A stretch of 64,000 nt of DNA from a phage, in NCBI GenBank assembly GCA_016390365.1, contig GCA_016390365.1_3043.1; one strand, given 5' to 3'. The position numbers were made by a program, and so were the translations under genes. Below, piece by piece: positions 31,482 through 42,786 of the stretch. The notes beneath the pieces are model-generated. The model was not told the origin of the DNA. It saw nothing but the letters and a program-made list of their open reading frames with translations, and did not search any database. Position 1 is the first letter of the stretch. The number at the start of each line of letters is the position of its first letter.

Positions 31482-31984
31482 GTACCTTTAACTTCCACAA
31501 GAATATGGAAATCATGGAAGGTAATGCCAAGATTATGAAGTTCATTGCACGTGATGAGCAGCTTCACCTTAAAGGCACTCAATATATTATTCGTCAACTT
31601 CAACTTGGCACTGATGGCGATGAATGGGTTAAAATTGCTCAAGAGTGTGAACAAGAAGCAGTTGATATTTTCATGGAAGTTAACCGCCAAGAAAAAGATT
31701 GGGCAGTTCATTTATTTAAAAATGGCGATGTTCCTGGATTAAATACAAATAGCATGTGGAGCTTTATTGATTACTTAACTGTATCTCGTATGAAACAGTG
31801 TGGTCTTCCATGCCCAATTACCGATGCTCCGGTTAAACATCCGTATCCTTGGATTCGTGAATATCTTAATTCTGATAATGTTCAATCCGCGCCACAAGAA
31901 GTAGAACTGTCATCCTATCTTGTTGCACAGATTGATAATGATGTTGATGATAAAGTTATGATGAGTTTTAAAAAATATTTTTAA
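31482..31984 (+). CDS. nrdB: ribonucleotide reductase small subunit, exon 2
   Basis: 167 codons in frame after splicing; contains the conserved NrdB C-terminal region. Confidence 0.85.
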
Positions 31985-31988
31985 GGAG

Positions 31989-32010
31989 TGGGCCGCAAGG
32001 CCCATTTTAT
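31989..32010 (+). terminator. terminator-like hairpin after nrdB (GCAA tetraloop)
   Basis: GGGCCGCAAGGCCC followed by ATTTTATT, immediately before denA ATG. Confidence 0.5.
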
Positions 32011-32011
32011 T

Positions 32012-33599
<1,588 letters not shown>

Positions 33600-33602
33600 G
33601 CT

Positions 33603-33633
33603 GTTTACAAGTCCCTCGTGTTGTGTTACAGTA
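33603..33633 (+). promoter_or_regulatory. early-type promoter upstream of alc
   Basis: GTTTAC at 33603; part of a repeated promoter-leader element. Confidence 0.45.
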
Positions 33634-33657
33634 GTCTTACTGACATAACATGAGGAC
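33603..33657 (+). repeat. promoter-leader repeat, copy 1
   Basis: GTTTACAAGTCCCTCGTGTTGTGTTA.AGTA.TCTTACTGACATAACATGAGGA shared with 46533..46587, 2 mismatches. Confidence 0.8.
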
Positions 33658-33660
33658 TTT

Positions 33661-34167
33661 ATGATGGATTTGCAGCTTATTACTACTGAGATGGTCGTTG
33701 AAGCATACGGTGATACTACAGATGGGATTTCTGTATTCAAAGGAAATCGTCGAGTTGGATATATCACCGATCTTAAGAAAGATTTAGCTAAGCAAGTCAA
33801 GCGGAAAACGACCATTAAAGAATATCGAAATCGTCGTCTTGAGCAAGCTCGTGATATGCTTCCTGATGCGGTTGAGGAGATGAAAGTCTTTTTAGAAAAT
33901 CAGCTTGCGAAATATGATTGTGATGTGTTCATTAATCAGACTCAACCTAATGTTCATATTAACAACTGTAAATGCTATATCATCGTTAATCCTTTAACGG
34001 GAAAACATCGTCTTGGAATTAGTAATCCAAATCGTAGCGCATCGGATATGGCAGAAGATGTTGAGGCATGCTTTAAAATTTCTAAATCTCCGGCTGAACA
34101 TCATATTTTAATTAACGGTCTTTCTCAAGACGATATTATAGAGGTTATTAAAACTTTATGCAATTAA
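33661..34167 (+). CDS. alc: Alc (blocks host transcription on cytosine DNA)
   Basis: 168-aa ORF matching T4 Alc in length and sequence. Confidence 0.9.
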   Translation: MMDLQLITTEMVVEAYGDTTDGISVFKGNRRVGYITDLKKDLAKQVKRKTTIKEYRNRRLEQARDMLPDAVEEMKVFLENQLAKYDCDVFINQTQPNVHINNCKCYIIVNPLTGKHRLGISNPNRSASDMAEDVEACFKISKSPAEHHILINGLSQDDIIEVIKTLCN

Positions 34168-34511
34168 GTAATACGACAGCAGGCTTGCTATTAATTGTAA
34201 TTGCATTGGGCGGAACTTCTTTAATTTTAAAAAATAAAATTGAAAGATTAGAAACGTCTGTTGTAGAAATTACAAAAACGGCCAATGAAAACGCTTTAGC
34301 ATTAAATAATTTGCGAATTCAGTATAATTATATTGATGCGATGAATAATAAAAATCGTGAGGCAATTGCTGCTATTGAGCGTGAAAATGAAAAACTGCGC
34401 AAAGACGCAAAGAAGGCGGATGTGGTGGCTCATAAGCCAGGATTGGTTGAAAAACAAATCAACAACTCCTTCAACAAGTTCGCAGAAGACATCCAGGACC
34501 TTTCTAAATGA
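34158..34511 (+). CDS. i-spanin (inner-membrane spanin subunit, pseT.3-like)
   Basis: 117 aa; N-terminal TM segment (AGLLLIVIALGGTSLIL) then coiled-coil-like periplasmic region; overlaps the next ORF by 4 nt. Confidence 0.6.
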   Translation: MQLSNTTAGLLLIVIALGGTSLILKNKIERLETSVVEITKTANENALALNNLRIQYNYIDAMNNKNREAIAAIERENEKLRKDAKKADVVAHKPGLVEKQINNSFNKFAEDIQDLSK

Positions 34512-34807
34512 TTAGACTATCAGCAGTAATATTATCTATTGGTCTTCTAGTTGGTTGTTCGACAAAGCCTCTAGAAGTAAAGAAAGAAACAGTTCATCCT
34601 AATTGGCCAGTACAAATAAAGTCATACGATGAAGCTAAACTATCCTGGCAAGTTAAAGTTATTGATGGTAAAGCTTGGGTCGGTATGCCATTCGAAGATT
34701 CCCAGGAATTTCGTATTTGGCTTAATGATGTAAAACGATATGTACATGATCAGAAAACTATGATATGTTATTATCGCCAAGAGTTAAAAGAGGATAAATG
34801 CAAATGA
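34508..34807 (+). CDS. o-spanin (outer-membrane lipoprotein spanin subunit, pseT.2-like)
   Basis: 99 aa; signal peptide with lipobox LVGC; paired with preceding TM/coiled-coil ORF. Confidence 0.6.
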   Translation: MIRLSAVILSIGLLVGCSTKPLEVKKETVHPNWPVQIKSYDEAKLSWQVKVIDGKAWVGMPFEDSQEFRIWLNDVKRYVHDQKTMICYYRQELKEDKCK

Positions 34808-35028
34808 TTTCATGGCATCAATTTGAACATCTCAAAGGATTGATTTATGAATCCGAGATGGCTGCAATGATTTATGGACGCCAGATTCAACGATTAGAAT
34901 CTTTACCTCCAACTAATGATGTTTTATTAGCTCAATCACGTGCTAATCTTAAAAATGAATACCAAAATAAGTGGGGTAAAGCATCTAAAGACCTGCATGA
35001 TTATATTCAATCATTGGTTGAGAAATAA
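34798..35028 (+). CDS. hypothetical protein
   Basis: 76-aa ORF. Confidence 0.45.
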   Translation: MQMISWHQFEHLKGLIYESEMAAMIYGRQIQRLESLPPTNDVLLAQSRANLKNEYQNKWGKASKDLHDYIQSLVEK

Positions 35029-35031
35029 TAA

Positions 35032-36254
<1,223 letters not shown>

Positions 36255-36255
<1 letters not shown>

Positions 36256-36452
36256 TGGCGTGGCATCATGAAACTTGGTCTATTGTTATTGTAAATAGTG
36301 GTTTAGTTGGTACTAGTAATGGGCAATTTTGTGTATTCACTAGTGAAATCAGAGCTTGGGAGGAATGCCTTAAATTAAGAGAAAAGAATCCTGATGTTGA
36401 ACTAACAGTAAAGAAAACTAAACTGCCTTTACCATGGAAAACTTATGAATAA
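36255..36452 (+). CDS. hypothetical protein (cd.5-like position)
   Basis: 65 aa from ATG 36255 overlapping pseT stop (TAATG). Confidence 0.45.
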
Positions 36453-36645
36453 CATAGAAAAGATTTATCGTCTTTGTGATAAAATTGAAAAAGAAAAGAA
36501 ATATCTATTTTGTTTATGGCCTATTGTTGATGGAAGAGTAGGCTTAGATGTTCTTGATTATGAAACAGAAGACAGAGTAGATGGTTCAACTTTTGATAAT
36601 GCGTTGGATGTTATTAATTGGCTTGAAGAAAATTATGTGAGGTGA
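36445..36645 (+). CDS. hypothetical protein
   Basis: 66-aa ORF. Confidence 0.45.
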   Translation: MNNIEKIYRLCDKIEKEKKYLFCLWPIVDGRVGLDVLDYETEDRVDGSTFDNALDVINWLEENYVR

Positions 36646-36647
36646 AT

Positions 36648-36923
36648 ATGTTTCCGACTTATTCTAAAATCGTAGAAGTAGTGTTTAGTCAAATTATCGC
36701 TAATAATATGTTTGAAAAGCTTGATAACGCAGCCGAGCTTCGAATTCATGCTCAAGTGACTCATGTATTGAACACTTTGCTTCCAGACCAGGTGGATTCT
36801 ATTGCAATTACGCTGTATCCGGGTTCCGCGCATATCATTGTCGTATTTGGTCTTGATGCTGAGCTAGTCATCAAAGGCGATATTCGCTTTGAATCACAGA
36901 CATCAGAATTCAAGGCAATTTAA
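36648..36923 (+). CDS. hypothetical protein
   Basis: 92 aa from ATG 36648 (track ORF starts at GTG 36642). Confidence 0.45.
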   Translation: MFPTYSKIVEVVFSQIIANNMFEKLDNAAELRIHAQVTHVLNTLLPDQVDSIAITLYPGSAHIIVVFGLDAELVIKGDIRFESQTSEFKAI

Positions 36924-36926
36924 TAG

Positions 36927-36966
36927 TTTACTTTTTGGTAGAGTTGTGATATTATAGCTCTACCAA
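36927..36966 (+). promoter_or_regulatory. early-type promoter with dyad symmetry around -10
   Basis: GTTTAC at 36927; inverted repeat TTGGTAGAG (36935) / CTCTACCAA (36958) flanks the -10 region. Confidence 0.45.
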
Positions 36967-36985
36967 AACAAATGAGGAAAACAAA

Positions 36986-37222
36986 ATGCTAAGTGAAAAA
37001 CCAATTACTGTTAAAGAATTCCAAGAAAAAGTTAAACTATTTGCCCAGGAATTGGTAAATAAGGTTTCTGAACGATTTCCGGAAACATCGGTTCGCGTTA
37101 TTACCGAAACTCCTCGTTCAGTATTAGTAATTGTGAATCCAGGTGATGGTGATCAAATAACACATCTCAAATTGGATTTTGATGGATTAGTTGAAGCACA
37201 AAGGGTGTATGGCGTACTATGA
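36986..37222 (+). CDS. hypothetical protein
   Basis: 78-aa ORF with RBS GAGGAAAACAAA and early promoter upstream. Confidence 0.5.
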   Translation: MLSEKPITVKEFQEKVKLFAQELVNKVSERFPETSVRVITETPRSVLVIVNPGDGDQITHLKLDFDGLVEAQRVYGVL

Positions 37223-37557
37223 TGAATTTAACTGATATAATTGATAATTGTCTTGAAAATGATACTGGCGATCATAGAGCGCTTGACTCTGAAACAGCAC
37301 AGTTCATTAGAATAACTTTAATGAATGACACTCTAGTGAATAGTATTCATCCTTCTGTGTATGATGCTATTATTGTGACGAAGTATCCAGTTGAGCTTCA
37401 CAAAAAGATGGTTGGCGCAATTTTTATTGATAAGAAAAACCGCTTTAAAGATGGGCAGAATATAATTAGTTCTGTTATTAAAAGTATAACTAAACTTCGT
37501 CACGAAATTTATCGTGTTGAAACTGCTAAATCTGCTTATCTGGTGATTATGAAATGA
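37219..37557 (+). CDS. hypothetical protein
   Basis: 112-aa ORF, overlapping starts and stops with neighbours. Confidence 0.5.
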   Translation: MMNLTDIIDNCLENDTGDHRALDSETAQFIRITLMNDTLVNSIHPSVYDAIIVTKYPVELHKKMVGAIFIDKKNRFKDGQNIISSVIKSITKLRHEIYRVETAKSAYLVIMK

Positions 37558-38135
37558 AAGCGAGTACAGTACTTCAAATTGCATATTTAGTATCACAAGA
37601 ATCAAAATGTTGCTCCTGGAAAGTAGGAGCAGTAATTGAAAAGAATGGACGTATTATTTCTACTGGATATAATGGTTCACCTGCAGGTGGTGTGAACTGC
37701 TGTGATTATGCTGCTGAGCAAGGTTGGTTGCTGAATAAGCCTAAACATACTATCATTCAAGGTCATAAGCCTGAATGTGTATCATTTGGTTCAACTGATC
37801 GTTTTGTCTTGGCGAAAGAACACCGTAGCGCTCACTCTGAATGGTCGTCTAAAAATGAAATTCATGCTGAACTAAATGCGATTTTGTTTGCTGCACGAAA
37901 CGGTTCTTCAATTGAAGGTGCTACTATGTATGTAACACTTTCTCCTTGTCCGGATTGCGCAAAAGCGATAGCTCAATCTGGTATTAAAAAGCTGGTTTAT
38001 TGCGAAACATACGATAAAAATAAACCTGGCTGGGATGATATTCTGCGAAATGCAGGTATTGAAGTGTTTAATGTTCCTAAGAAAAACTTGAATAAGTTAA
38101 ACTGGGAAAACATCAACGAATTCTGTGGTGAATAA
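37554..38135 (+). CDS. cd: dCMP deaminase
   Basis: 193-aa ORF with zinc-binding deaminase motifs (HAE..., PCPDC); matches T4 Cd. Confidence 0.95.
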   Translation: MKASTVLQIAYLVSQESKCCSWKVGAVIEKNGRIISTGYNGSPAGGVNCCDYAAEQGWLLNKPKHTIIQGHKPECVSFGSTDRFVLAKEHRSAHSEWSSKNEIHAELNAILFAARNGSSIEGATMYVTLSPCPDCAKAIAQSGIKKLVYCETYDKNKPGWDDILRNAGIEVFNVPKKNLNKLNWENINEFCGE

Positions 38136-38371
38136 TGAAATTTCGTTTGGTACAGCTCACAGCAATTAGTTCTTATTCTAACGAGAACATTTCATTTGCT
38201 GTAGAGTATAAGAAATATTTTTTCTCTAAATGGAAGCAGTATTATAAGTCAGAATGGGTTTGTATTGATAGGCCGTATAGTTGGAAATCTGATTTAGAAA
38301 AATGCCAAAAATTGCTTTCCACTCTTAAAGAACGTGGAACAACCCATATTAAAACTGTAATAGGTAAATAA
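38135..38371 (+). CDS. hypothetical protein
   Basis: 78-aa ORF. Confidence 0.45.
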   Translation: MKFRLVQLTAISSYSNENISFAVEYKKYFFSKWKQYYKSEWVCIDRPYSWKSDLEKCQKLLSTLKERGTTHIKTVIGK

Positions 38372-38680
38372 ATGAAACTGACAACTGAACAGAAAGTAGC
38401 AATTCGTGAAATTTTGAAAACTAAATTGTCCATGGGTATTTCAAACGTAGTTTTTGAAAAGTCTGATGGTACTATTCGTACTATGAAAGGCACTCGTGAT
38501 GCGGACTTTATGCCAACCATGCAAACTGGTAAATTGACTGAATCTGCTCGGAAAGAATCTACTGATATGATTCCAGTATTTGATGTTGAGCTTGGTGCAT
38601 GGCGAGGTTTTTCTATTGACAAATTGATTTCCGTTAATGGTATGAAAGTTGAGCATTTGCTCCAATTTATTGGTAAATAA
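38372..38680 (+). CDS. hypothetical protein
   Basis: 102-aa ORF. Confidence 0.5.
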   Translation: MKLTTEQKVAIREILKTKLSMGISNVVFEKSDGTIRTMKGTRDADFMPTMQTGKLTESARKESTDMIPVFDVELGAWRGFSIDKLISVNGMKVEHLLQFIGK

Positions 38681-38736
38681 ATGCTTTAAGAATTATTTGT
38701 TATTATTAATTCATCTGTTAACAAAAAGGAAAAACG

Positions 38737-39072
38737 ATGTCTGAAGTACAACAGTTACCAATTCGTGCTGTCGGTGAATATGTTATTTTAGTTTCTGAAC
38801 CTGCACAAGCCGGTGATGAAGAAGTTACAGAATCAGGACTTATTATTGGTAAACGTATCCAAGGCGAAGTTCCTGAACTGTGTGTAGTTCACTCTGTCGG
38901 TCCTGATGTTCCTGAAGGTTTCTGCGAAGTTGGTGATTTGACTTCTCTCCCAGTTGGTCAAATTCGAAATGTTCCGCATCCTTTTGTAGCTCTGGGTCTT
39001 AAGCAGCCAAAAGAAATTAAACAAAAATTTGTTACCTGTCACTATAAAGCTATTCCGTGTCTTTATAAGTGA
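38737..39072 (+). CDS. 31: co-chaperonin gp31 (GroES-like)
   Basis: 111-aa ORF matching T4 gp31. Confidence 0.93.
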   Translation: MSEVQQLPIRAVGEYVILVSEPAQAGDEEVTESGLIIGKRIQGEVPELCVVHSVGPDVPEGFCEVGDLTSLPVGQIRNVPHPFVALGLKQPKEIKQKFVTCHYKAIPCLYK

Positions 39073-39219
39073 TATAAATAATAATATGAATTGGGTGTCG
39101 GAATAATAAGTTAACCGAACAATTCTATGTGGTAGTCTACAACTGAGAGATCTGTCGAAAGAAGATGAAATTCAGAAGAACGTGACTACCGAGTTTTAAT
39201 CTCTAACGAGAATTTTTAA

Positions 39220-39468
39220 ATGATTAAACAATTACAACACGCTCTTGAACTGCAACGAAACGCATGGAATAATGGTCACGAAAACTATGGCGCATCTATT
39301 GATGTTGAAGCCGAAGCTCTTGAAATCCTGCGTTATTTCAAACATCTGAATCCTGCTCAAACTGCATTAGCTGCTGAGCTTCAGGAAAAAGATGAACTTA
39401 AATATGCTAAGCCTCTGGCTTCTGCTGCACGAAAAGCAGTTCGTCATTTTGTGGTAACACTGAAGTAA
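39220..39468 (+). CDS. rIII: lysis inhibition accessory protein rIII
   Basis: 82-aa ORF; length and position match T4 rIII. Confidence 0.85.
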   Translation: MIKQLQHALELQRNAWNNGHENYGASIDVEAEALEILRYFKHLNPAQTALAAELQEKDELKYAKPLASAARKAVRHFVVTLK

Positions 39469-39864
39469 TTTATTGGAGATTCACTGCCTTAGTGTGAGCT
39501 AAATCGAGGAGCCGTCGAACTGTCTGATTAATGATTTGCGAATCATTATAGTTTTAAGACCCCGGCAGTTTTACGGTGTACCTCTTGAATGTTATTTTAT
39601 AGCGGCAAGTGCATGCTACCCCGAGGTGATGGCCAATCGGGAGTACGCCTCAAGGCCTATATATCCATCAGTATATATCTTATCCTCGAGTAATCGGACC
39701 CGGAACCTTTAAGCTAACGGTGTGCAACAGATAAGAGCTATAAGGTATGATGACGAGGTTTATGGTTATCCTGTCGGTAAATATTCAAAACCTAAGTACC
39801 CCTTTGAGGGCTTTCGCAGGCAATGCCAATAAGTCCTGCATTTTCGTTTAAAAGAGAATTTATA

Positions 39865-40041
39865 ATGGCAAAACAAGCTAAAGCAAAGAAAGCAGTTGAA
39901 AAGAAAGTTGGTGATTCTAAACGCGCTGGCTACAAGCGTGGGTCGAACTCTCGTATCAATCAAACTGTTGAGAAGATCATGCGCCGAGCACGTGCGGTTC
40001 TTCGAGATGATGCTTCTCGTTTTGGTAAGCAGAAAGCATAA
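39865..40041 (+). CDS. small basic protein
   Basis: 58 aa from ATG 39865 (MAKQAKAKKAVEKKVGDSKRAGYKRGS...) with RBS AAAGAGAATTTATA; terminator immediately downstream. Confidence 0.45.
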   Translation: MAKQAKAKKAVEKKVGDSKRAGYKRGSNSRINQTVEKIMRRARAVLRDDASRFGKQKA

Positions 40042-40046
40042 GTTGA

Positions 40047-40071
40047 GGACTCCTTCGGGAGTCCTTTTTTA
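40047..40071 (+). terminator. rho-independent terminator (CUUCGG hairpin)
   Basis: GGACTCCTTCGGGAGTCC followed by TTTTTTATTTT. Confidence 0.75.
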
Positions 40072-40094
40072 TTTTCCAAAGATTGCACAAAGTT

Positions 40095-40124
40095 GTTTAC
40101 AGTACGGTTCCTTTGTGATAGTAT
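40095..40124 (+). promoter_or_regulatory. T4 early-type promoter
   Basis: GTTTAC at 40095 with -10-like TAGTAT about 18 nt downstream. Confidence 0.45.
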
Positions 40125-40151
40125 TATCTTACACAAACAAAGGAGAATAAA

Positions 40152-40517
40152 ATGAACTACATCAACTTTGAACGTAAATATGTTTCTAATGGTATTGCAG
40201 GTTCTATTGATACTATTTGTCTCTGGAAACATCAAAACGGATCAGTATGCGAAATCGATCAGTATATGACTCCTAATTACGTTTATATGCGATTTGAAAA
40301 TGGCATCACGGTTTCAATCACTAAGGAAGGTTCCAACTTTAAAATCGCTCTAGATGATGATTTCCGTGAACGCGATTTAGGGACTCATCCTTGTTGGAAT
40401 GGCGTTCATCGCAAGCTTCTGATTAAAACTTGGATTCGTCATATTCTGAGTAACAAAGCTAAACCTGAGCATCTTGAAGCAATCTTTGATGTAGTTCTTA
40501 ACGAATTTGATATTTAA
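40152..40517 (+). CDS. hypothetical protein
   Basis: 121-aa ORF with RBS AAGGAGAATAAA and early promoter upstream. Confidence 0.5.
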   Translation: MNYINFERKYVSNGIAGSIDTICLWKHQNGSVCEIDQYMTPNYVYMRFENGITVSITKEGSNFKIALDDDFRERDLGTHPCWNGVHRKLLIKTWIRHILSNKAKPEHLEAIFDVVLNEFDI

Positions 40518-40545
40518 GCTTCGGCCCCTTACTGAGGAAAATATT

Positions 40546-40833
40546 ATGTTTATGACTACTTATTTTGATACCCGCAAAAATTTCTGTGAAGTTGTTTTCT
40601 CAAAGGCACCTAAAGACCTTCCTACACATTTGCAACCTACTAGCGAATCGATTAAAAACTACGTTGATGTGGTTTGTCCTTTAGAGTTCCGTACTGTAAA
40701 TGGGCGTGATACTTTAGCTATCACTAAACTTAATCGTGAAATTGACATTGACCCTTCAATTGCGCGCGAAATTAATATCTCTGATATTGGTGGCGGTAAT
40801 GTTAAATCACATGGTTTTCAGATGAGGTTTTAA
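40546..40833 (+). CDS. hypothetical protein
   Basis: 95 aa from ATG 40546 with RBS GAGGAAAATATT (track ORF starts at TTG 40507). Confidence 0.45.
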   Translation: MFMTTYFDTRKNFCEVVFSKAPKDLPTHLQPTSESIKNYVDVVCPLEFRTVNGRDTLAITKLNREIDIDPSIAREINISDIGGGNVKSHGFQMRF

Positions 40834-41030
40834 TGAAATTCTTTTTAGGTCAAACTGTTGAATTAAAGGGAGTTGGTATACCTGGATTAATTTCTAAGGT
40901 TTTATCTGCATTTAAATCTGGAGACCTTCAAATAAAAGAGGCTTATATTGTTTCTTGGGTAGATGGAAATGAAGACCTTCGTATGGGTGATGAATTATCT
41001 CCTATCTACGGATTAAAGGAATTAGTATGA
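40833..41030 (+). CDS. hypothetical protein
   Basis: 65-aa ORF. Confidence 0.4.
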   Translation: MKFFLGQTVELKGVGIPGLISKVLSAFKSGDLQIKEAYIVSWVDGNEDLRMGDELSPIYGLKELV

Positions 41031-41233
41031 ATATAATTAATAAGATTTTTGGAATTCAGTACATTAAGGTCACATATAAAGTAACAGATAAAAATCCGTA
41101 TACTGATGAACACGAAGAACCGAAAGTTGAGTCTATTATATTAGAAAAGGACCCTAACTGGCCAGTTGAATTTCGTCTTCCTTGCTATGGTCATTGGGCT
41201 GATGTTGAAATTATAAGCATTGAAAATGTCTGA
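41027..41233 (+). CDS. hypothetical protein
   Basis: 68-aa ORF. Confidence 0.4.
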   Translation: MNIINKIFGIQYIKVTYKVTDKNPYTDEHEEPKVESIILEKDPNWPVEFRLPCYGHWADVEIISIENV

Positions 41234-41684
41234 GTTAGAGATTAGAAGCAATTTTAGGTGGCCATCATGTGCATTAAGTAATTTCGCCCATTGGCCTTTC
41301 GTTATGGATGGCATTCAATTTGGAGGTCTTGAAGGATTCCTCCAAGGATGCAAGGTGAAAAATGTTGAACAACAACGTCGTATATTTGGGTTATCCGGGC
41401 TTGCCGCCCAACAAGCTGGAAGGTCTTATGCAAGAGCTCAGGACCGTGGGACCCTCTTCTGGCTTGGAGCTCCGTTTTCAAGATACTCCCCAGCGTGGAA
41501 AGAATTATACACAAATGCATATTTTGAAGCAGCGATCCAAAACAAGGGCTTTCGTGATGCATTACAAGCCTCGAAAGGAAAAGTTTTGAAGCACAGCATG
41601 GCTAGTGATCTAACAAAAGATGATACAATACTAACCGAAGCTGAATTTATTGATGTGTTAAACCTATTAAGAGACTCTCTATGA
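41226..41684 (+). CDS. NADAR-domain (YbiA-like) protein, 30.3-like
   Basis: 152 aa from ATG 41226; YbiA/NADAR-like sequence; local GC visibly higher than flanks. Confidence 0.55.
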   Translation: MSELEIRSNFRWPSCALSNFAHWPFVMDGIQFGGLEGFLQGCKVKNVEQQRRIFGLSGLAAQQAGRSYARAQDRGTLFWLGAPFSRYSPAWKELYTNAYFEAAIQNKGFRDALQASKGKVLKHSMASDLTKDDTILTEAEFIDVLNLLRDSL

Positions 41685-42517
41685 AGCCTACTATTTTGAC
41701 TGATATTGATGGTGTATGTTTAAGCTGGCAATCAGGTCTTCCTTATTTTGCCCAAAAATATAATCTTCCATTAGAACATATTTTAAAAATGATTCAGGAC
41801 GAAAAATTTATTTCTCCAGGTAAACTCTTTAACTGTGATGAAGAACTTGGCGTTAAGCTAATTGAAAAATACAATCGTTCGGATTTTATTCGTTACTTGT
41901 CTCCATATAAAGATGCTCTGTGTGTAATTAACAAATTAAAAGAAGATTATAATTTTGTTGCTGTTACAGCACTGGGTGATTCTATTGACGCTCTGCTGAA
42001 TCGTCAATTTAATTTGAATGCTCTTTTTCCTGGTGCCTTCTCAGAAGTACTGATGTGTAGTCATGATTCTTCAAAAGAAGAGTTGTTCAAAAAGGCAAAA
42101 GAGAAATATAACGTAATTTGTTATATTGACGATCTCGCTCACCATTGCGATCACGCGAGTGAAATATTAAATGTTCCTGTTTATTGGATGGCTCGAGGGG
42201 AGCGTGACAGTATTCCAAAAACCGCTCAGCGAGTTTATACATGGAATGATGTAGAGAATAAGCTTTTTCCATCGAAGGAAAATAAAGAAAATTTTGATAG
42301 TGAAAAAGTTATAAAAGATGTAATTGAAAAGATGATTAAAAATGATTCTTTTCCTTGGAACACTACCTGGAGAACTCCTGGATTTAATCCTTATAATCTA
42401 TATCATCCATATCAGACACATCCGTTTCAGACATGGAACTATATTAAACATGGTGGCATAGAGTATTTGTATAATAGACCTACTTGTGGTGATAATATTT
42501 TCCAAGGAGCATTCTAA
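41681..42517 (+). CDS. HAD-superfamily hydrolase-like protein (30.2-like)
   Basis: 278 aa; N-terminal DxDG motif (ILTDIDGV) and later ICYIDD typical of HAD phosphatases/nucleotidases. Confidence 0.5.
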   Translation: MKPTILTDIDGVCLSWQSGLPYFAQKYNLPLEHILKMIQDEKFISPGKLFNCDEELGVKLIEKYNRSDFIRYLSPYKDALCVINKLKEDYNFVAVTALGDSIDALLNRQFNLNALFPGAFSEVLMCSHDSSKEELFKKAKEKYNVICYIDDLAHHCDHASEILNVPVYWMARGERDSIPKTAQRVYTWNDVENKLFPSKENKENFDSEKVIKDVIEKMIKNDSFPWNTTWRTPGFNPYNLYHPYQTHPFQTWNYIKHGGIEYLYNRPTCGDNIFQGAF

Positions 42518-42786
42518 TGTTTGTTGTTCACACTATTTATGAAAATGAAGGTAATACTACACGTGATTACGGTCACGTAAATCAATTTTTTAGATGCAAT
42601 CCAGAATTCCGAGCTCAAAAAGACGAACGAATTTTTAAAAAATGCGTAGAGCAAGGTTTCATTTATATCAAGCACTGGATGCAAGGAAATAAAGTTAGAA
42701 CCACGTACCACAGGTCTTTGACTGAGCTTAATGATGAATTGATTTATAATAGAGCTGTAAACCAAACTCTAAAGGATGAACAATGA
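42517..42786 (+). CDS. hypothetical protein
   Basis: 89-aa ORF immediately upstream of ligase gene. Confidence 0.45.
   Translation: MFVVHTIYENEGNTTRDYGHVNQFFRCNPEFRAQKDERIFKKCVEQGFIYIKHWMQGNKVRTTYHRSLTELNDELIYNRAVNQTLKDEQ

Noticed and set aside
31505-31984. Stand-alone 159-aa ORF in the track
   Set aside because: It is nrdB exon 2; the true coding continuation starts at 31482 after intron removal
39470-39864. Possible tRNA gene in the ORF-free region after rIII
   Set aside because: I could not trace a cloverleaf with acceptor stem, T-loop GTTC and anticodon arm by eye; left as an unexplained region in findings rather than called as tRNA
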